Source: the human T2T-CHM13v2.0 reference genome, Homo sapiens. From it: a DNA stretch of 64,000 nt. A program made the translations under genes and the position numbers. The stretch lies in assembly GCF_009914755.1 (NCBI RefSeq), contig NC_060927.1; one strand, written 5' to 3'. Below the pieces are notes generated by a model. It was not told where the DNA came from, searched no databases, and saw nothing but the letters and a program-made list of their open reading frames with translations. Positions 42,746-57,800 of this stretch are shown piece after piece; position 1 is the first letter of the stretch, and each line of letters begins with the position of its first letter.

Positions 42746-45700
42746 TTAAGGCAGAGACAGAGTAAGAGGGCAGAATAGAAGCCTACACTCTCATCCCCCA
42801 CACAAAAACACCAAATTTTCACAACTCACTACATTCAAGAAGCACTGTCAAAGGGACCAAAAATTGGGTGAGCGATCACAGTACCTGGTATTGACTTCAT
42901 ATCACTGAAAGAGACATTGGAGAAGGCAAAAAAAAAAAAAAAAAAAAGACGGTCTAGAAGCACGGATGCCACCTCCTTTTCAACCACCAGTAGTGGCTAC
43001 ATGGTGCAGAGATAGTATGTTTGGGAGAGGGAGAGCATAGTTTGTGAGGCTTTGCAATAAACTCAGTACTAACCCCTCACAGTGAAAAGCAGAACCAGAC
43101 TGTACTCAGCTGACATCTGCCAATGGAGGGAGCGTTGTATTGGCCCTAGCAAGAGGATAATCTCCCATCCTAGTGTTGGGAGCTTGAGTTTTTACAAGTC
43201 TTGCCATCATTAGTTGACATGCTATTGGATTCTAAGAGAACTAAAGGGGCAGTCTAGGCCACAAGGACTTCAATTATTAGGCAAGTCATACTCCTAGCTG
43301 GGCTCAGAGCCAGTGGAATGTGGAGGGTGGGGAGGATGGGGTCTACTGAGACAGCAGCTGAAGCAGCTAAGGGAGTGCTCACAACACTCCTCCCCCACCC
43401 CCCACCCAGCAGCAGCCACACAACACAGAGAAACCTGTGAATTTGGGAGACGGAGAGCACAAGGACTGGAGGACTTTACATTAAACTCAGTGCTGCCATG
43501 TCAGTAAAGACCTGGCAGAATTCATCACCTGCTGACTAAAGAACCCCTGTACCCAGAATAAAAAACAGTGACAACCAGGTAATACACCATGGGCATTGGG
43601 CTGAGAAGTGCTAACTTCAGGTGAGACCCAGTGCATTTCTAGCTGTGGTAGCTATGGTGAAAGACTTCTTATGTTTGAGAAAAGCAGTGGGGAAAGTAAA
43701 GGGAACTCTGCGTTGCACCTGATATACCAGCATTAACCACAGTGGGGTAGAGCACCAAGCAGATTCTTAGAGTCCCTGACCCCAGGCCTAGGGTCTTGGT
43801 CAGCATTTCTGCACTTGCCCTGGGCCAAAGGTTGAGTCCCAGGCATTGCAGAATTTATCACAAGCTAACTAAAGAGTCTTTGGGCTTTAAGTGAGAAAGT
43901 GATGATGATTTTGTGGAACCCTCCCATGGGCCAGTAGTGTTGGCAGTCATAGAAGAGGCTCTTCTGCCTGCAGACAGGGGAAGGAAGAGTAGAAAATACT
44001 TTCTCTTATTCCCTAAGTGCCAGGTTAGCTACAGTAAAATAGAAGAGCAGGTAAATTTTTAAGATTCTATGCTTTAATCTCTGGCTCCCAGGTAGCATCT
44101 GTGGACCGACTCATGGCTAGGGGAACTTGCCACCCTACAGGCAGAGACACAAACCTGGCTGGCTTTGCCACCTATTAATCACAGAGTACCAGGGCTTTGA
44201 ATAAACTTATATGGTAGCCAAGTAGTGGTTACAGTGGGCCTTGGGTGAGACCAAGTTCTGTGCCTACTTCAGGTGTGAACCAGCACAGTCTCAGTGGTGG
44301 TGGCCCCAGGGGTGCTTATGTTACCCCGACCCCAGCTCCGTATGTCTCAGCACAGAAAGAGAGACTGCTGATTTAAAAGAAAGTAAGGGAAGAGAACAAG
44401 AGTCTCTACTTGATAAATCAAGAGAATTTTTCTTGATGTTAATCCAAGGCCACCAAGGCACTACCTCTACGTGTTTGCATAAACTACTGTGCTATTGGGT
44501 TTGGGACCCAAGTTTCTTTGAATACCTGGAAAGTGTTCCCAAAGATAATGGGCACAAACAAGCCCAGACTGTGAAGACTACGATAAAGACTGAGCTCTTC
44601 AATGCCCATGGATAGATGAACATCTACAAGTATCAAGGCCATCCAGGAAAACATGACCTCACCAAACAAGTTAAATAAAGCACCAGGGACAAATCCTGGA
44701 AAAACAGAGGTATGTGACCTTTCATACAGGAAATCCAAAATAGCTGGTTGAGGTAATTCAAAGAAATGCAATATAACACAGAGAAGGAATTCAAAATTCT
44801 ATCAGATAAATTTAACAATGAGATTGAAATAAAAAGAATAAAGCAGAAATTCTGAAGTTAAAATGATATTGTCATACTGAAGAATGGATCAGAATTACTT
44901 AAAAGAATTGATCAAGGAGAAGATAGATTTAGTGAACTTGAAGTCAGACTATTTAAAAATACAAAGTCAGAGGAGACAAAAAAGAATAAAAAATAAAGCA
45001 TGCCTACAGAATCTAAAAAATAGCCTCAAAATAGCAAATCTAAGAGTTATTGGCCTTAAAGAGGAGGTACAAAAAGAGATGAGTTGAACATTTATTTAAA
45101 TAAATAATATTAAATAATATTAAACAATTCCTCAACATTTGAAATCAACACTCGAGTAACAGAAACTTACAAAACATAAAGCAGATTTAACCCAAAGAAG
45201 ACCACCTCAAGGCACTTAACTGAAATCCCAAAGGTTAAGGATAAAGAAATGATTCTAAAAGCATCCAGAGAAGAGAAAAAAATAACATTCAGTGGAACTC
45301 CAATACATCTGACAGCAGACTTTTCAGGGGAAAATTTACAGGCTGGGAGACTGGCGTGACATATTAAAAAAGCTCAAGAAAAAAAAGACTTTTACTTTAG
45401 AATAATGTATCTGGCAAATACGTCCTTTAAACTTGACGGAGAAATAAGAACGTTTCCCGACAAACAAAAACTGAGGGATTTCATTAACACCAGACCTGTA
45501 CTACAGGAAATGCTAAAGGGACTTCTAGACCTAAAAGAAAAAAGTTAGTGAGCAATAAGAAATCATCTGAAGGTACAGAACGCACTAGCAATAGCACATG
45601 GAAAAACACTGAATATTATAACATGGTAATTATTGGGTGCAAAAATCTCAACTAGAAAGAGTAAACAATAAACCAATGAAAATAATAACTACAACATATT

Positions 45701-47633
45701 TCCAAGACATAGACAGTAAAATAGGGAATGAAGAGAAACAACAAAAAGGTTAAAAGAATGGCAATAAAGTATAGTTTTTATTAGTTGTTTTGCTTGTTTC
45801 TTTGTTGATGCAATCAGTGTTAAATTGTCCACAGTCTAAAATCATGTATTATATTGTTTTCAAGCCTCATGGTAATTTCAAATCAAAAAGTGTACCACAG
45901 ACGTACAAAAAGTAAAAAGCAAGAAATTAGATTATAATACAAGAGAAATCACCTTCACTAAAAGGAAGACAGGAAGAAAGGAAAGAAGGGAGGACAAAAA
46001 TCAATCAGAAAACAAATAACAAAATGGCAGGAGTAAGTGCTTATCAATAATAACACTGAATGTAAATGAACTAAATATTCCAGTCAAAAGAAAAATAGTG
46101 GATGAACGGATAGAGAAGCAGGACAATAATCTGTGACCTACAAAAAACATACTTTACCTATAAAGATATATTTAGACTGAAAATAAAAGGATGGAAAAAG
46201 GTATTACATGCCAACAGAAACCAAAAAAGAGCAGAAATAGCTATACTTATACCAGAAAAAATAGATTTCAACAAAAGACTGTAGGAAGAGATTAAAAAGG
46301 TCATTATATAATAATAAAGAGATCAATTCAAGAGGATATAATAATTGAACATATATATGCACCCAACACTAAAGCACCTAGATAAATAAACCAAATATTA
46401 TAAGAACTAAAGAAAGAGACCTCAATACAATAATGGCTGGACACTTCAACACCCTACTTTAGTCATTGGATAGACCTTCCAAATAGAAAATCAACAAAGA
46501 AACGTCAGACTTAATCTGCACTACAGAACAAATGAAACTACTAGATATTTACAGAAAATTTCATCCAACAGCTGCAGAATATACATTTTTCTCCTCAGCA
46601 CATGGGTTATTCTCAAGGATAGACCATATGTTAAGTAACAAGTCTAAAGACATTCCAAAAAATTGAAGTAATATTGAGCATTTTCTCTGACTACAGGGAA
46701 TGAAATTATAAATCAATTAAAAAAGGAATTTCAGAAACTATACAAACACAAGGATATTAAACAATATGCTCCTGAATGATTAGTAGGTCGATAAAAAAGT
46801 TAAGAAGAAAATAGAAAAATTTCTTGAAACAAATGATAATGGAAACAGCATAGCAAAACCTATGGAATATAGTAAAAGAGGTACTATTATAAAAGGAAAA
46901 TTTATAACTGTAAGTGCCAACATAAAAAACAGAAAAGCTTCAAATAAATAACCTAACAATACATCTTAATTAATTAGAAGAAAAAGGCCAAGCCAAATCC
47001 AAAATTAGAAGAAATAATAAAGATTAGAGCGGAAGTAAATAAAGTTAAAATGAAGAAAACAATGCAAAAGACTAATAAACAAAAAGTTGATTTTTTGAAA
47101 AGTAAAACAATTGACCAATATTTAGACAGGCTAACTGAAAAACAGAGAAGATACAAATTAGTAAAATCAGAGGTGAAAAAGGAGACATTACAAGAAATGC
47201 TTCAGAAAATCAAAGGATCATTAGTGGTTACTATCAGCAATTGTGTGCCAACAAATTAGAAAACCTACAGGAAATTAATTCTTAGACAAACACAACTTAC
47301 CAAGATTGAACTAGGAAAAAATCTAAAACCTGAACAGACCAATAACAATTAACAAAATTAAAGCCTTAATAAAAAAAGTCTGTAGGACCAGACTGAAAAA
47401 TAGAAAAGGAAAGAACATTTCCAAACTCATTCTTTGAGGCTAGTATTACCCTGATATCAAAACCAGACAGAGACACATTAAAAAAGCAAACTACAGGCCC
47501 ATATCTGAGAATATTGATGCAAAAATTTGCAAAAAACCTAGCAAACTGAATTAAACAACACACAAACAGGTAATTCATAATGACCAAGTGGGATTTATCC
47601 CAGGGATGCAAGGATGGTTCAACATGCAAATCA

Positions 47634-47976
<343 letters not shown>

Positions 47977-48354
47977 CAAGGACAAAATCCATATAATCAT
48001 TTCAATTATACTAAAAAAATTTGATAAAATTTAATATTCTTTAATAATAAAAAACCCTTTGAAAACTGGGTATGGAATGAACATACCTCAACATAATAAA
48101 AGTCATATATGACAGACCAACAGCTAGTATCATACTAAGTGGGGAAAAACTAAAATCCTTTCCTCTAAAATCTGGAAGATGACAAGAATGTCCACTTTTA
48201 CCACTGTTATTCAACATAATTCTGAAAGTCCTATCTGGAGCAATCAGACAAGAGAAAGCAATAAAAGGCATCCCAATTGGAAAAGAAGTCAAATTATCTT
48301 TTTTTTTTTTACCCATGATATAATCTTATATTGGCAAAAACATAAAGACTCCTC

Positions 48355-50824
48355 TGATAGGGTTTGAATATGTGTCCCCTCCCAAATCTCATATTTAAAT
48401 GTAATTCTCAATGTTGGAGGTGGGCCTGGTGAAAGGTGATTTAATCATCGGGGTGGATTACTCATAAATGGCTTAGCACCATCCCATTTGGTACTATCCT
48501 CATAATAGTAAGTGAGTTCCTATAAGATCTGGTTATTTAAAAGTGTGTAACAACTTGCACCTCTGTTTTTCACTCCTGCTTTTTGCTGTGTGATGTGCAA
48601 GATTCTGCTTCAACTTCTGCCATGACTGTAAACTTCCACAGGCCACCCCAGAAGCATATGCCAGTGCTATGTCTTCTCTACAGCCTGTAGAACCAGGAGC
48701 CACTTAAACCTCCTTTTTTAAAAATAAACTATCCAGTCCCACTCTTATAGTGATGCAAAAATAGCTTAATACATAAAATTGGCACCAAGGAGTGGAAAAT
48801 TGTTATAAGAATACCTGAAAATGTGGAATCAGCTTTGTAATTGGGTAAATAGGCAGAGGTTGGAAGAGTTTGTAGGATTCAGAAGAAGACAGAAAAATGA
48901 GAGAAAGTTGAGATTTTCTTAGAGACTGGTTGAATGGCTGTGACCAAAATGCTGATAGTGATCTGGACAGTGAAGGCTGGGCTGAGGAGGTCTCAGATGA
49001 AAATTAGAAACTAATTAGGACCAAAACAAAGGTCACGCATGTTGTCTTAGCAAAGTGGTTGGCTGAATTTCTGTCATGCCCTAGGGATATATAAGAGTTT
49101 GAATTTGAAATTGATGATTTAGGGCTTCTGTTGGAAAAATGTCTAAACAGCAAAGCATTTGAGATGTGGCCTGGCTGCTTCTAACAACCTATGCTCACAT
49201 GTTCTAGCAAAAAAAAAAAAAAAAAAAAAAGGTTGTAACTTAAGCTTACAAGGGAAGCATAGTGTAAAAGCTTGAAAACTTTGCAGCCTAGTCATGTGGC
49301 TGAAAAATAAAAAGCTTTTATAAGAGAGGAACTCAAGCAGGCTATGGAGCAACTACTTGTTAGAGATATTTGTATAACCTAAAAAAAAAGCAAGTGTTGA
49401 TAGCCAAGACAATGGGAAAGAGGAATTGAAGGCACTTTAGAAATCTAAAAGGCAGTCCCCCATCATAGGCCCTGAGGCCTAAAAGAAGAGAATAGTTTCT
49501 GGGATCAGGCCCAGGACATGCTGCCTTGGGTAGATTTGGAACATGGCTCCCTGCATCCTGGCCACTGCTTCAGCTCCAGGTGTAGGTCAAATTGACTCAG
49601 TTACAACTCCAGTCACTGCTTCAGGGGGTGCAAGCCATAGCCTTGGTAGCTTCCATGTGGTGTTAGGCCTGTGGGTGTACAAAATGCAAGAGTTGAGACT
49701 TGGGAGTCTCCACCTTTATTTCAAAGGATGTACGAAAAAGCCAGGGTGTGCAGGCAGAAGCATTCTGCAGGGGTGGAGCCCTCATGGAGAACCTCTACTA
49801 AAACAATGGAGAAAAGAAATGTGGGGTGACAGTCCCTAGGCAGGCTCCCCACTGGGGCATGGCCTAGGAGATCTGCGAGGAGAAGATCACTGTCCTCCAG
49901 ACCCCATAATGGTAGATCTAGCTACAGCTTGCACCCTGCACCTGGAAAAGCCAGAGGCACACAATACCAGCCAGAGGTACACAATGCCAGCCCATGAGAG
50001 CAGCTGTGGGGGCTGAACCATGCAAAGGCACAAGGTAGAACCTTCCCAAGGCATTAGTGTGCCCTGAAAATGGGACACAGAGTCAAAAATAATTATTTTG
50101 GAGCCTTACAATTCAGTAACTGCCATTCTGGGTTTCAGACTTTCATGGGTCCTGTGGTCCATTTCTTTTGGCTGATTTCTTCCTTTTAGAATAGGATTAT
50201 TTACCCAATGCCACTGCCCCATTTGTATCTTGGAAGTGCCTAACTTGTTTTCTATTTTACAGGCTTATAGGAGGAAGGAACTAGCTTTGTCTTAGATGAG
50301 ACTTTTGACTTTTCAGTTAAGGCTGAAATGAGTTAAGACTTTGGGGATTATTGGAAAGTCATGATTGTATTTTGAAATATGAGAAGGATATGAGATTTGC
50401 AATGGCCAGGGGCAAAATGATATAGTTTGGGTGTGTGTTCCCACAAAAATCTTATATTGAAATGTAATCCTCAATGTTGGAAGTGGGCCTAGTGGGGAGG
50501 TGATTGAATCATGACAGCAGGATTTCCAAGAACAGTTTGGCATCATTTCCTTTGGTGCCATTCCCACAATAGTTAGCTTTCATGAGAGTTGGTTATCTAC
50601 AAGTGTGTGTAGCACCTCCCCCCTGCCCTCACACTTACCATGTGATGTGCAAGCACCGGATTTATTTTTCACCTTGTCAGTTGTCAGAGGCTTCCCCAGA
50701 AGCAGAAGCCAGTGCTATGCTTTCTGTACACCCTGTAGAACCATGAGCCAATTAAACCTATTTTCTTTATAAATTAACCAGTCACTGATTATTTTTTATA
50801 GCAATGTGAGAATGGCCTAATACA
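48355..50824 (+). mobile_element. Complete MST-type MaLR element: LTR 48355-48773, internal region, LTR 50418-50824
   Basis: Both LTRs start TGATA.GTTTG and end TAATACA, with a ~1.65-kb internal region. The 5-bp target-site duplication is TCCTC/TCCAC and the host L1 resumes after it. Confidence 0.92.
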
Positions 50825-51176
50825 TCCACCAAAAAACTATTAGAAGTAATAACTTGAGTAAATTTGCAGAATACAAAATCAACATATACAAATCAGTAGG
50901 ATTTCTATATGCCAAGAGTCAACAAACTGAAAAAGAATTCAAAAATGTAATACTATTTGCAGTAGCCACAAATGAATCAAAATGTGTGGGAATTTACCAA
51001 AGAAATAAAAGTTCTCAACAATTGAAACTGTGAAACACTGACAAAAGAAATGAAAGAGGACCCAAAAATTGGAAAGATATTTTTATGTTCACAGATTGGA
51101 AGAATCAGTATTTTTTAAAATGTCCATACAATCCAAAGCAATCTATACATTTCATGCCATCTCTATCAAAATAACA

Positions 51177-51470
51177 GGCCAGGGGCAGTGGCTCATGCCT
51201 GTAATCCCAGCACTTTGGGAGGCCGAGATGGGTGAATTATGAGGTCAGGAGTTCAAGACCAGCCTGGCCAACTTGGTGAAACCCCATCTCTACTAAAAAT
51301 ACAAAAAAAATTAGCCGGGTGTGGTGGCAGGTGCCTGTAATCCCAGCTACTCAGGAGGCTGAGGCAGAGAATTGCTTGAACCCAGGAGGCAGAGGTTGCA
51401 GTGAGCCAAGATCACATCACTGCACTCCAGTCTAGGTGACAGAGTGAGACACCATCGAAAAAAAAAAAAA
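51177..51470 (+). mobile_element. Alu (AluS-like) inside L1
   Basis: GGCCAGGGGCAGTGGCTCATGCCTGTAATCCCAGCACTTTGGGAGGCCGAG... ending in poly(A). Confidence 0.96.
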
Positions 51471-52129
51471 AGACATTCCTCACAGAAATAGAAAAAAAAA
51501 TTCTGAACTGTATATGGAACCATCGCAAAACACCGTAATAGTCAAAGCTATGCTGAGTATATAAAACAAAACTGGAGGAATTCCATTACCTGGTTTTAAA
51601 TTATACCACTAAGTTATGGTAATTAAAACAGCATGACACTAGCATAAAAACAGACATAAAGACAGATGGAATGAAATAGAGACCTTAGAAACAAACTCAT
51701 ACAGCTAAACTGAACTTACTTTCAACAAAAGTGCCAAGAACATACAATAAAAAATAAGACAGGTTTTGTAATCAATAGGGCTGGGAAAACTGGCAAGCCA
51801 TAGGCAGAAGAATAAAACGAGAATCCTATTTCTTGCCACATTCAAAAATCAAATTAAAATGAAATAAAGACTTAAACATAACATCTCAAACTATCAAATT
51901 TTTACAAGAAAACATTGGGGAAACTCTTTAGGGCATTGGTTTGGGCAAAAATTTCTTAAATAATGCCCCATAAGCACAGACAACCAAAACAAACATGGAC
52001 AAATGGGATTAAAGCAAGTCAGAAAGCCTTTTTAAGGTGAAGGAAACAATAAACAAAGTGAAGAGAAAATCCACAGAATGGGAGAAAATATTTGTAAATT
52101 ATCCATCTGAAAAGCAATTAATAGCTACC

Positions 52130-52820
52130 TGATATGATTAGGCTTTGTGTCCCCACCCAAATCTCATATTGAATTGTAATCCCCAGATGTTGAGGGAGAG
52201 ACCTGGTAGAAGGTGATTGGATCATGGGGGTGGTTACCCCCATGCTGTTCTTCTGATAATGAGTGAGTTCTCATGAGATATGATGGTTTTATAAGGGACT
52301 CTTCCCCCTTTGCTTCACATACATGCTCTCGTCTGGTGTCATATAAGAGGTGCCTGCTTCCCCATCTGCCATGATTGTGAGTTTCCTGAGGCCTCCCCAG
52401 CCATTTGGAACTGTGAGTTAATTAAACCCATTTCCTTTATAAATTATTCAGTCTTGCCAGGTGTGGTGGCTCACGCCTGTAATCTCACCATTTTGGGAAG
52501 CCGAGGCTGCTGGATCACTAGGTCAGGAGTTCAAGACCAGCCTGGCCAAGATGGTGAAACCCCGTCTCTACTAAAAATACAAAAATTAGCCAGGCATGGG
52601 GGCAAAATTTAGCTGGGTGTGCTGGCAGGTGCCTGTAATCCCAGCTACTCAGGAGGCTGAGGCAGAGAATTGCTTGAACCAGGAGGCGGAGGTTGCAGTG
52701 AGCCGAGATTGCGCCACTGCACTCCAGCCTGGGCAACAGATCAAGACTTCATCTCAATAAATAAATAGATAACCCAGTCTCGAGTATTTTTTTATAGCAG
52801 TGCAGAAACAGACTAATACA
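52130..52820 (+). mobile_element. THE1-type solo LTR interrupted by an Alu
   Basis: TGATATGATTAGGCTTTGTGTCCCCACCCAAATCTC...GACTAATACA, with target-site duplication CTACC/CTACA. Confidence 0.88.
52456..52768 (+). mobile_element. Alu inside the THE1 LTR, with a short duplication at the linker
   Basis: AAAATTAGCCAGGCATGGGGGCAAAATTTAGCTGGGTGTG in the middle and an (AAAT)n tail. Confidence 0.95.
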
Positions 52821-53859
52821 CTACAATATATTGAGTTCAAAAACTTATATAGAAAATATATAATAATCTAATTAAAGAGTGGACAAAAAATTTAAATAGA
52901 CATTTATGAAAAGAAGACATGCAAATGTCAAACAGGCAAATGAAAAGGTGCTCCACATTACTGATCATCATAGAAATGCAAATCAAACCCAAAATGAGAT
53001 ATCATTTCACCCCAGTTAAGGTTGTTTTTATACAGAAGTCAGTCAAAAACAAATGTTGGTGAGTATGTGGAGTGAAGGGAACCCTTGTACACTGTTGTTG
53101 GGAGCACAGTTAAGAACAGTTTGGATGTTCCTGATATAACTATAAATAGAACTACTATATGGTCTAGCAATCCCACTGCTCAGTATATGCCTAAAAGAAA
53201 TAAAATTGGTAAATCAAAGACATATTGGCACTCTCATGTTTGCTTCAGCAGGGTTTATAATAGCCAAGATTTGGAAGGAACCTAAATGTCCATCAACAGA
53301 TGACTGGATAGAGAAAATGTGGTACATATACACAATGGAATACTATTCAGCTATAAGAAAGAATGAGAGTATACCATTTGCAATAACATAAATGGAACTG
53401 TAAGTCTTTATGTTAAGTGAAATAAGTCAGGCACAGAAAGACAAATGTGACACGTTCTCACTTATTTGTGGGTGCTAACATTCAAAACAATAGGTGTCAT
53501 AGAGATGGAGAGTATAAGGATGGTTGCCAGAGGCTGGGAAGGGCAGTGACGGAACAGGGGGATAGTGGGGGTGCTAAATGGGTTAAAACAATTGTTAGAA
53601 AGAACGAATAAGACAGTATTTGATAGCACAACAGGGTGATTATAGTAAAACATAATTTATACATTAAAAAAACTAAAAGAGTATAATTGGATTGTTTATA
53701 ACACAAGCTATAAATGCTTGAGGGATGGATACACCATTTTTTATTATGTATTACTCATTGCATGCCTGTGTCAAAGTATGTCATGTACCCCCATAAATAT
53801 ATACACCAACTATGTACCCACAAAAATAAATTAAAGATTGAAATTAAAATTAAAAGCAA

Positions 53860-53993
53860 AGGGAGGAGAGTATAATGAGGCATGTGTGACCCATGGCTTG
53901 AACTAGCTTTTAAGGTTAACTTTGGAATGTCCTTATCCAAGAAGAGGGGTTCATTTAGTCAATAGGGGCTTAAAAATTTATTTTTAGTTTATA
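53860..53993 (-). mobile_element. MER4-group LTR fragment (tentative)
   Basis: AGGTTAACTTTGGAATGTCCTT...GGGGCTTAAAAATTTATTTTTAGTTTATA resembles the recalled antisense start of MER4-group LTRs. Confidence 0.45.
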
Positions 53994-54314
53994 AGTGGAA
54001 AAAAGAAGGATTTTTAATCCTAAGCCATAGCTCTCAGTCAATCAATCCCTGCAGGGAACCCTGTTCTTTACTCTGGAGACAAACACTAGTTTTCTTTTCC
54101 ACTGAATAACACATTTCAAAACGAGGGGAAACATCTTGAAACTAAGAGGTACAGCCTTATTAAATTTGATTTGGTTTCAATTGTAGTTAATTTAATCACA
54201 TGCATTCTAGAGTTTGTCCTCAGTCTTCTCCTACTTTAAGCCCATGAATCTGTTGAATTTGCTCAGCTCCCTGCTCAACAGCAGGAAATCAGAATTATTT
54301 TAAAACCTCATTGT

Positions 54315-54632
54315 GGCTGGGAGCGGTGGCTGATGCCTGTAATCCCAGCAATTTGGGAGGCCAAGGTGGGCAGATCGCTTGTTTTCAGGGGTTTGAGACC
54401 ACCCAGCCAATGGAGTGAAACCCAATCTCTACTAAAGATACAAAAATTAGCTGAGTGTCATGATGCATGCCTGTAATCGCAGCTACTTGGGAGGCTGAGG
54501 CAGGAGAATTGCTTGAATCTGGGAGATGGAGGTTTCAGTGAGCCAGGATGGTGCACTGCACTCCAGCCTGGGCAACAGAGCAAGACTCTGTCTCAAAATA
54601 ATAATAATAATAAATAAATAAATAAAAATAAA
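54315..54632 (+). mobile_element. Alu
   Basis: GGCTGGGAGCGGTGGCTGATGCCTGTAATCCCAGC... with an (AAT)n/(AAAT)n tail. Confidence 0.95.
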
Positions 54633-54843
54633 AATCTCATTGTGTTTCAAACAAAATTTCTTTTGAATATCAACTGTATCAACTTCCATATTAACTATCA
54701 TTTTGTTTATATCCAATCTTGAGAAATCTTTGAGGACTAATTTTACTGTTTTCTGCCATTTTGGTAAACATACCAAATTCCATCAAACAAAATGCACAAA
54801 GTTCCTAAGAAATACATTTTCTCCTTGAGGAGTAGACTTGCTG

Positions 54844-57800
54844 TGTTAGAGGGACTCATGGCTACCAACCTTCTAGTTTAACAAACATGACCAGAATACT
54901 CTATCTTAATATGAGTAGCTAGGTACTCACAAGGCATCTAGAAGGTTAATACTCATGGTCTGAAAATAGCCACATTTTTTAGCTGGCCACAAATTACAAT
55001 TGCAGAATATTTGTGGCCATACAAGACATCTTCCACCAAGCCTGAAAAATGTATAAATGTCCTAGGAGTGTAGCATTTTTTGTAAGGATAATATTAATGA
55101 GCTAGCTTAGGACAGTGGGTTAATGGTCATTGTTAAAACCAATAGCCTTGACTTTAGTGAGTACATCTGCACCTTCCAAGTTGAATTATAACTCTTTCTC
55201 TTTATAGTTACTTATAAGTAGAGACACTAACAAAAGACAATGCACTCCTGCTCTTGTTTTCTGAGGATGTCCAACTCTGTAATGGAGTCATTTCTAATAA
55301 ACTTGCTTCTTTCACTGTGCTCTCTGACTCACCTCAAATTTTTTCTGCATAAGATCTAAGAATCCTACTTTTTGGTCTGTATCAGGACCCTCTTTTCCAG
55401 CAACATCTTTCGGCAATATCATGAAGGGACGCCAAGACAAGACCCCCACTCCAAGGAAAACAATCCACACAGAATCAATCAGCTGGCAAGTGGGCCATCT
55501 TTTAGAGTCGTGAAGCCATTCAGGCGGGCAAGAACGATTATCCACTATTATTTAAGTGAGAGACCCTAGGGCATAATGTTAGGGTGAGAGACTCAGCCCC
55601 AAAAGTTAGAGGCCCAGGGGCATCATATTCAGATTAGAGGCCAAGCTCACAGGGTTAGAGGCCCTTGGGAATACTGAGAAGAATGGGTTTGGCTAAACAA
55701 GATGTTTGCCACTTTCTCTTTTTGGACTGTCCACCTTCCGCTCTCTGTCCCTCACCTGAGTGCTCTGCATCTTGTCACCTCTCTGCTCACCGCCTCAGTT
55801 TTGTAGTAGCCTGGAGGCTGCCCCAGGAAAGAGGCCCCAAACAGTTTAGCTTTTACTTTCCTCAACTATCCTCTGACTTTTATCTGATTGTTTGTTTAAT
55901 TTGCCACTGGTCCAAGTGACACTGAAAAAAGAGAGATGTCTTGGAACCTAGTATTTTTGTACCTTAATTATCAGAAAAGATCAGCAGTAACCTCTCCATC
56001 ATTATGACTAGAAGTTGAAATGTGGTATTTAACAGCCCTACATGATCATGATAAGATCAGATATGCCTGTTTAGTGGCAGCATCTTTTATGACAACCCTC
56101 TGCAAACAATTAGCCTCAAGATGGAGAACATACTTTTTCTTAACAGTTTTCTCTCATTTCTTAACCATAAGGTCATCTTTGATGAGCTGGTATAGGGCAG
56201 CTGTACCCTACTTTCTAAACCCAGCATGTCACTTTTTTCCTGAAAGAGTTTTGTCAGTTTTGTCACAGCAGTGTGAAAATGGACTAATACATTACAATGT
56301 ACAAGTTACAGCCTTCCCATTTCCCCTGTTCGATCTGACTCCTATTTTGCAGCTTAATTTGTTTTACAGAAGAGAAACTAAGTGGGAGGAAATACATTAT
56401 ATACAGGCTTCTCTGATACTTGGTCAGGATAAAAAATTAAAATGGGCTTCTATATGTTTGATGGAGGAAAAGACAAAATAGGGATGGCACATAATTGATT
56501 ACCCTTTTAATGCAAGTGCCTCTTAATATCAGGCTTTTCTTGGCTGGGGCTGAACTCCCCCTGCCAGTTCAAGCACCCCATAAGAACACAGTCAGACTCC
56601 TTCCAGTTCTGGTGAGGTGTGCAACACGTTATTAATTTCTTCTAGTTTTCCAGGGTTATCTAGTGTTTGGTCATCCTCTTCTCCCTGCCCTTCAAGTCCT
56701 GTCTTACATATATACCCCACTCTCGAAACACCTGAGCTTCACTGGAACAACATGCAGTAGGGCCTCTTATCAGCTGGCAAAGTTGAATGTTTTCCCTCTC
56801 TGGGAAGTGACAGATGATAATAGGGACACTGTATAGGTATATGTACCCTTTTCTATGTCTGAATTAGCCATATGCAAGGAAAAACTAAAACAATTTTCAG
56901 AGGTTCTGGGAAAATTCATAGACAAATTTAAGAGGCTAACCTTGATATATAATCTGACCAGGCAGGATTTGCATATATTTATGTTTACCTGCTGCATGGT
57001 AGAAAAGCAGTGCATTATGGGAGTGGCTAGAGTACATGCTAATAGGGTGGCAGCCTGCAACCAGGGACGTGACACCTATCAAATAGGAGGCACACCAGTG
57101 CCTGACCAGGACCCAAAAGAGAACTAGAATCTAGAAAAGACAAATGAATTAGGAAGAAAATGGGATATAGAGAGAAAAAATTACAATCATTTGACTCCTT
57201 GAAGGAATAAAAAAAAAGTGTGATAAAGCTTTTTAATTTTTATAAAGTCTGGAAAATTACTCAGGGAAAAGATGAAAACCTAGCATTATTAAAACGGTGG
57301 ATAATTTAGACTTTGAGGAAATACACTAACACTGACCCTGACCCCAAGAAGGGACAGGCATTGCTAGCAGTTTATTTTACAGCCCAGTCTGCTTCTGATA
57401 TCTGCAAGAAGACACCAAAAGCAGCCTTAGGCTTCCAGACTCCCATGGATCAGATTTTAGACTTGGATTTTGCAGTTTTCCATCACAGGAATAGGGCAGA
57501 GATAACATAAAATAAAGCAAATCTCCCAAGAGGCCCAGCTTCTAGCTGCAGCCTTGTGCTCTCCACCACTTCAGAGGCAGCCCCTGGGCCCTAGCCCTCA
57601 CAGAGGAGGTGAGAAGGTGAAAGTCCCACTCTGTGCCTCTGAGCCACTGTGCCTTGGATACAAATCAATGTGCCTTCTGTAAGAAGGTCAGCCACTGATG
57701 AAGGAAATGCACTGTGCTTCCAAGGGAGCCATCATCAGAGCCCAGCAGACTCAAAAGTGATAGGGCCTGATACTTCCTACCTCTGCTCCCATTGGACTAT

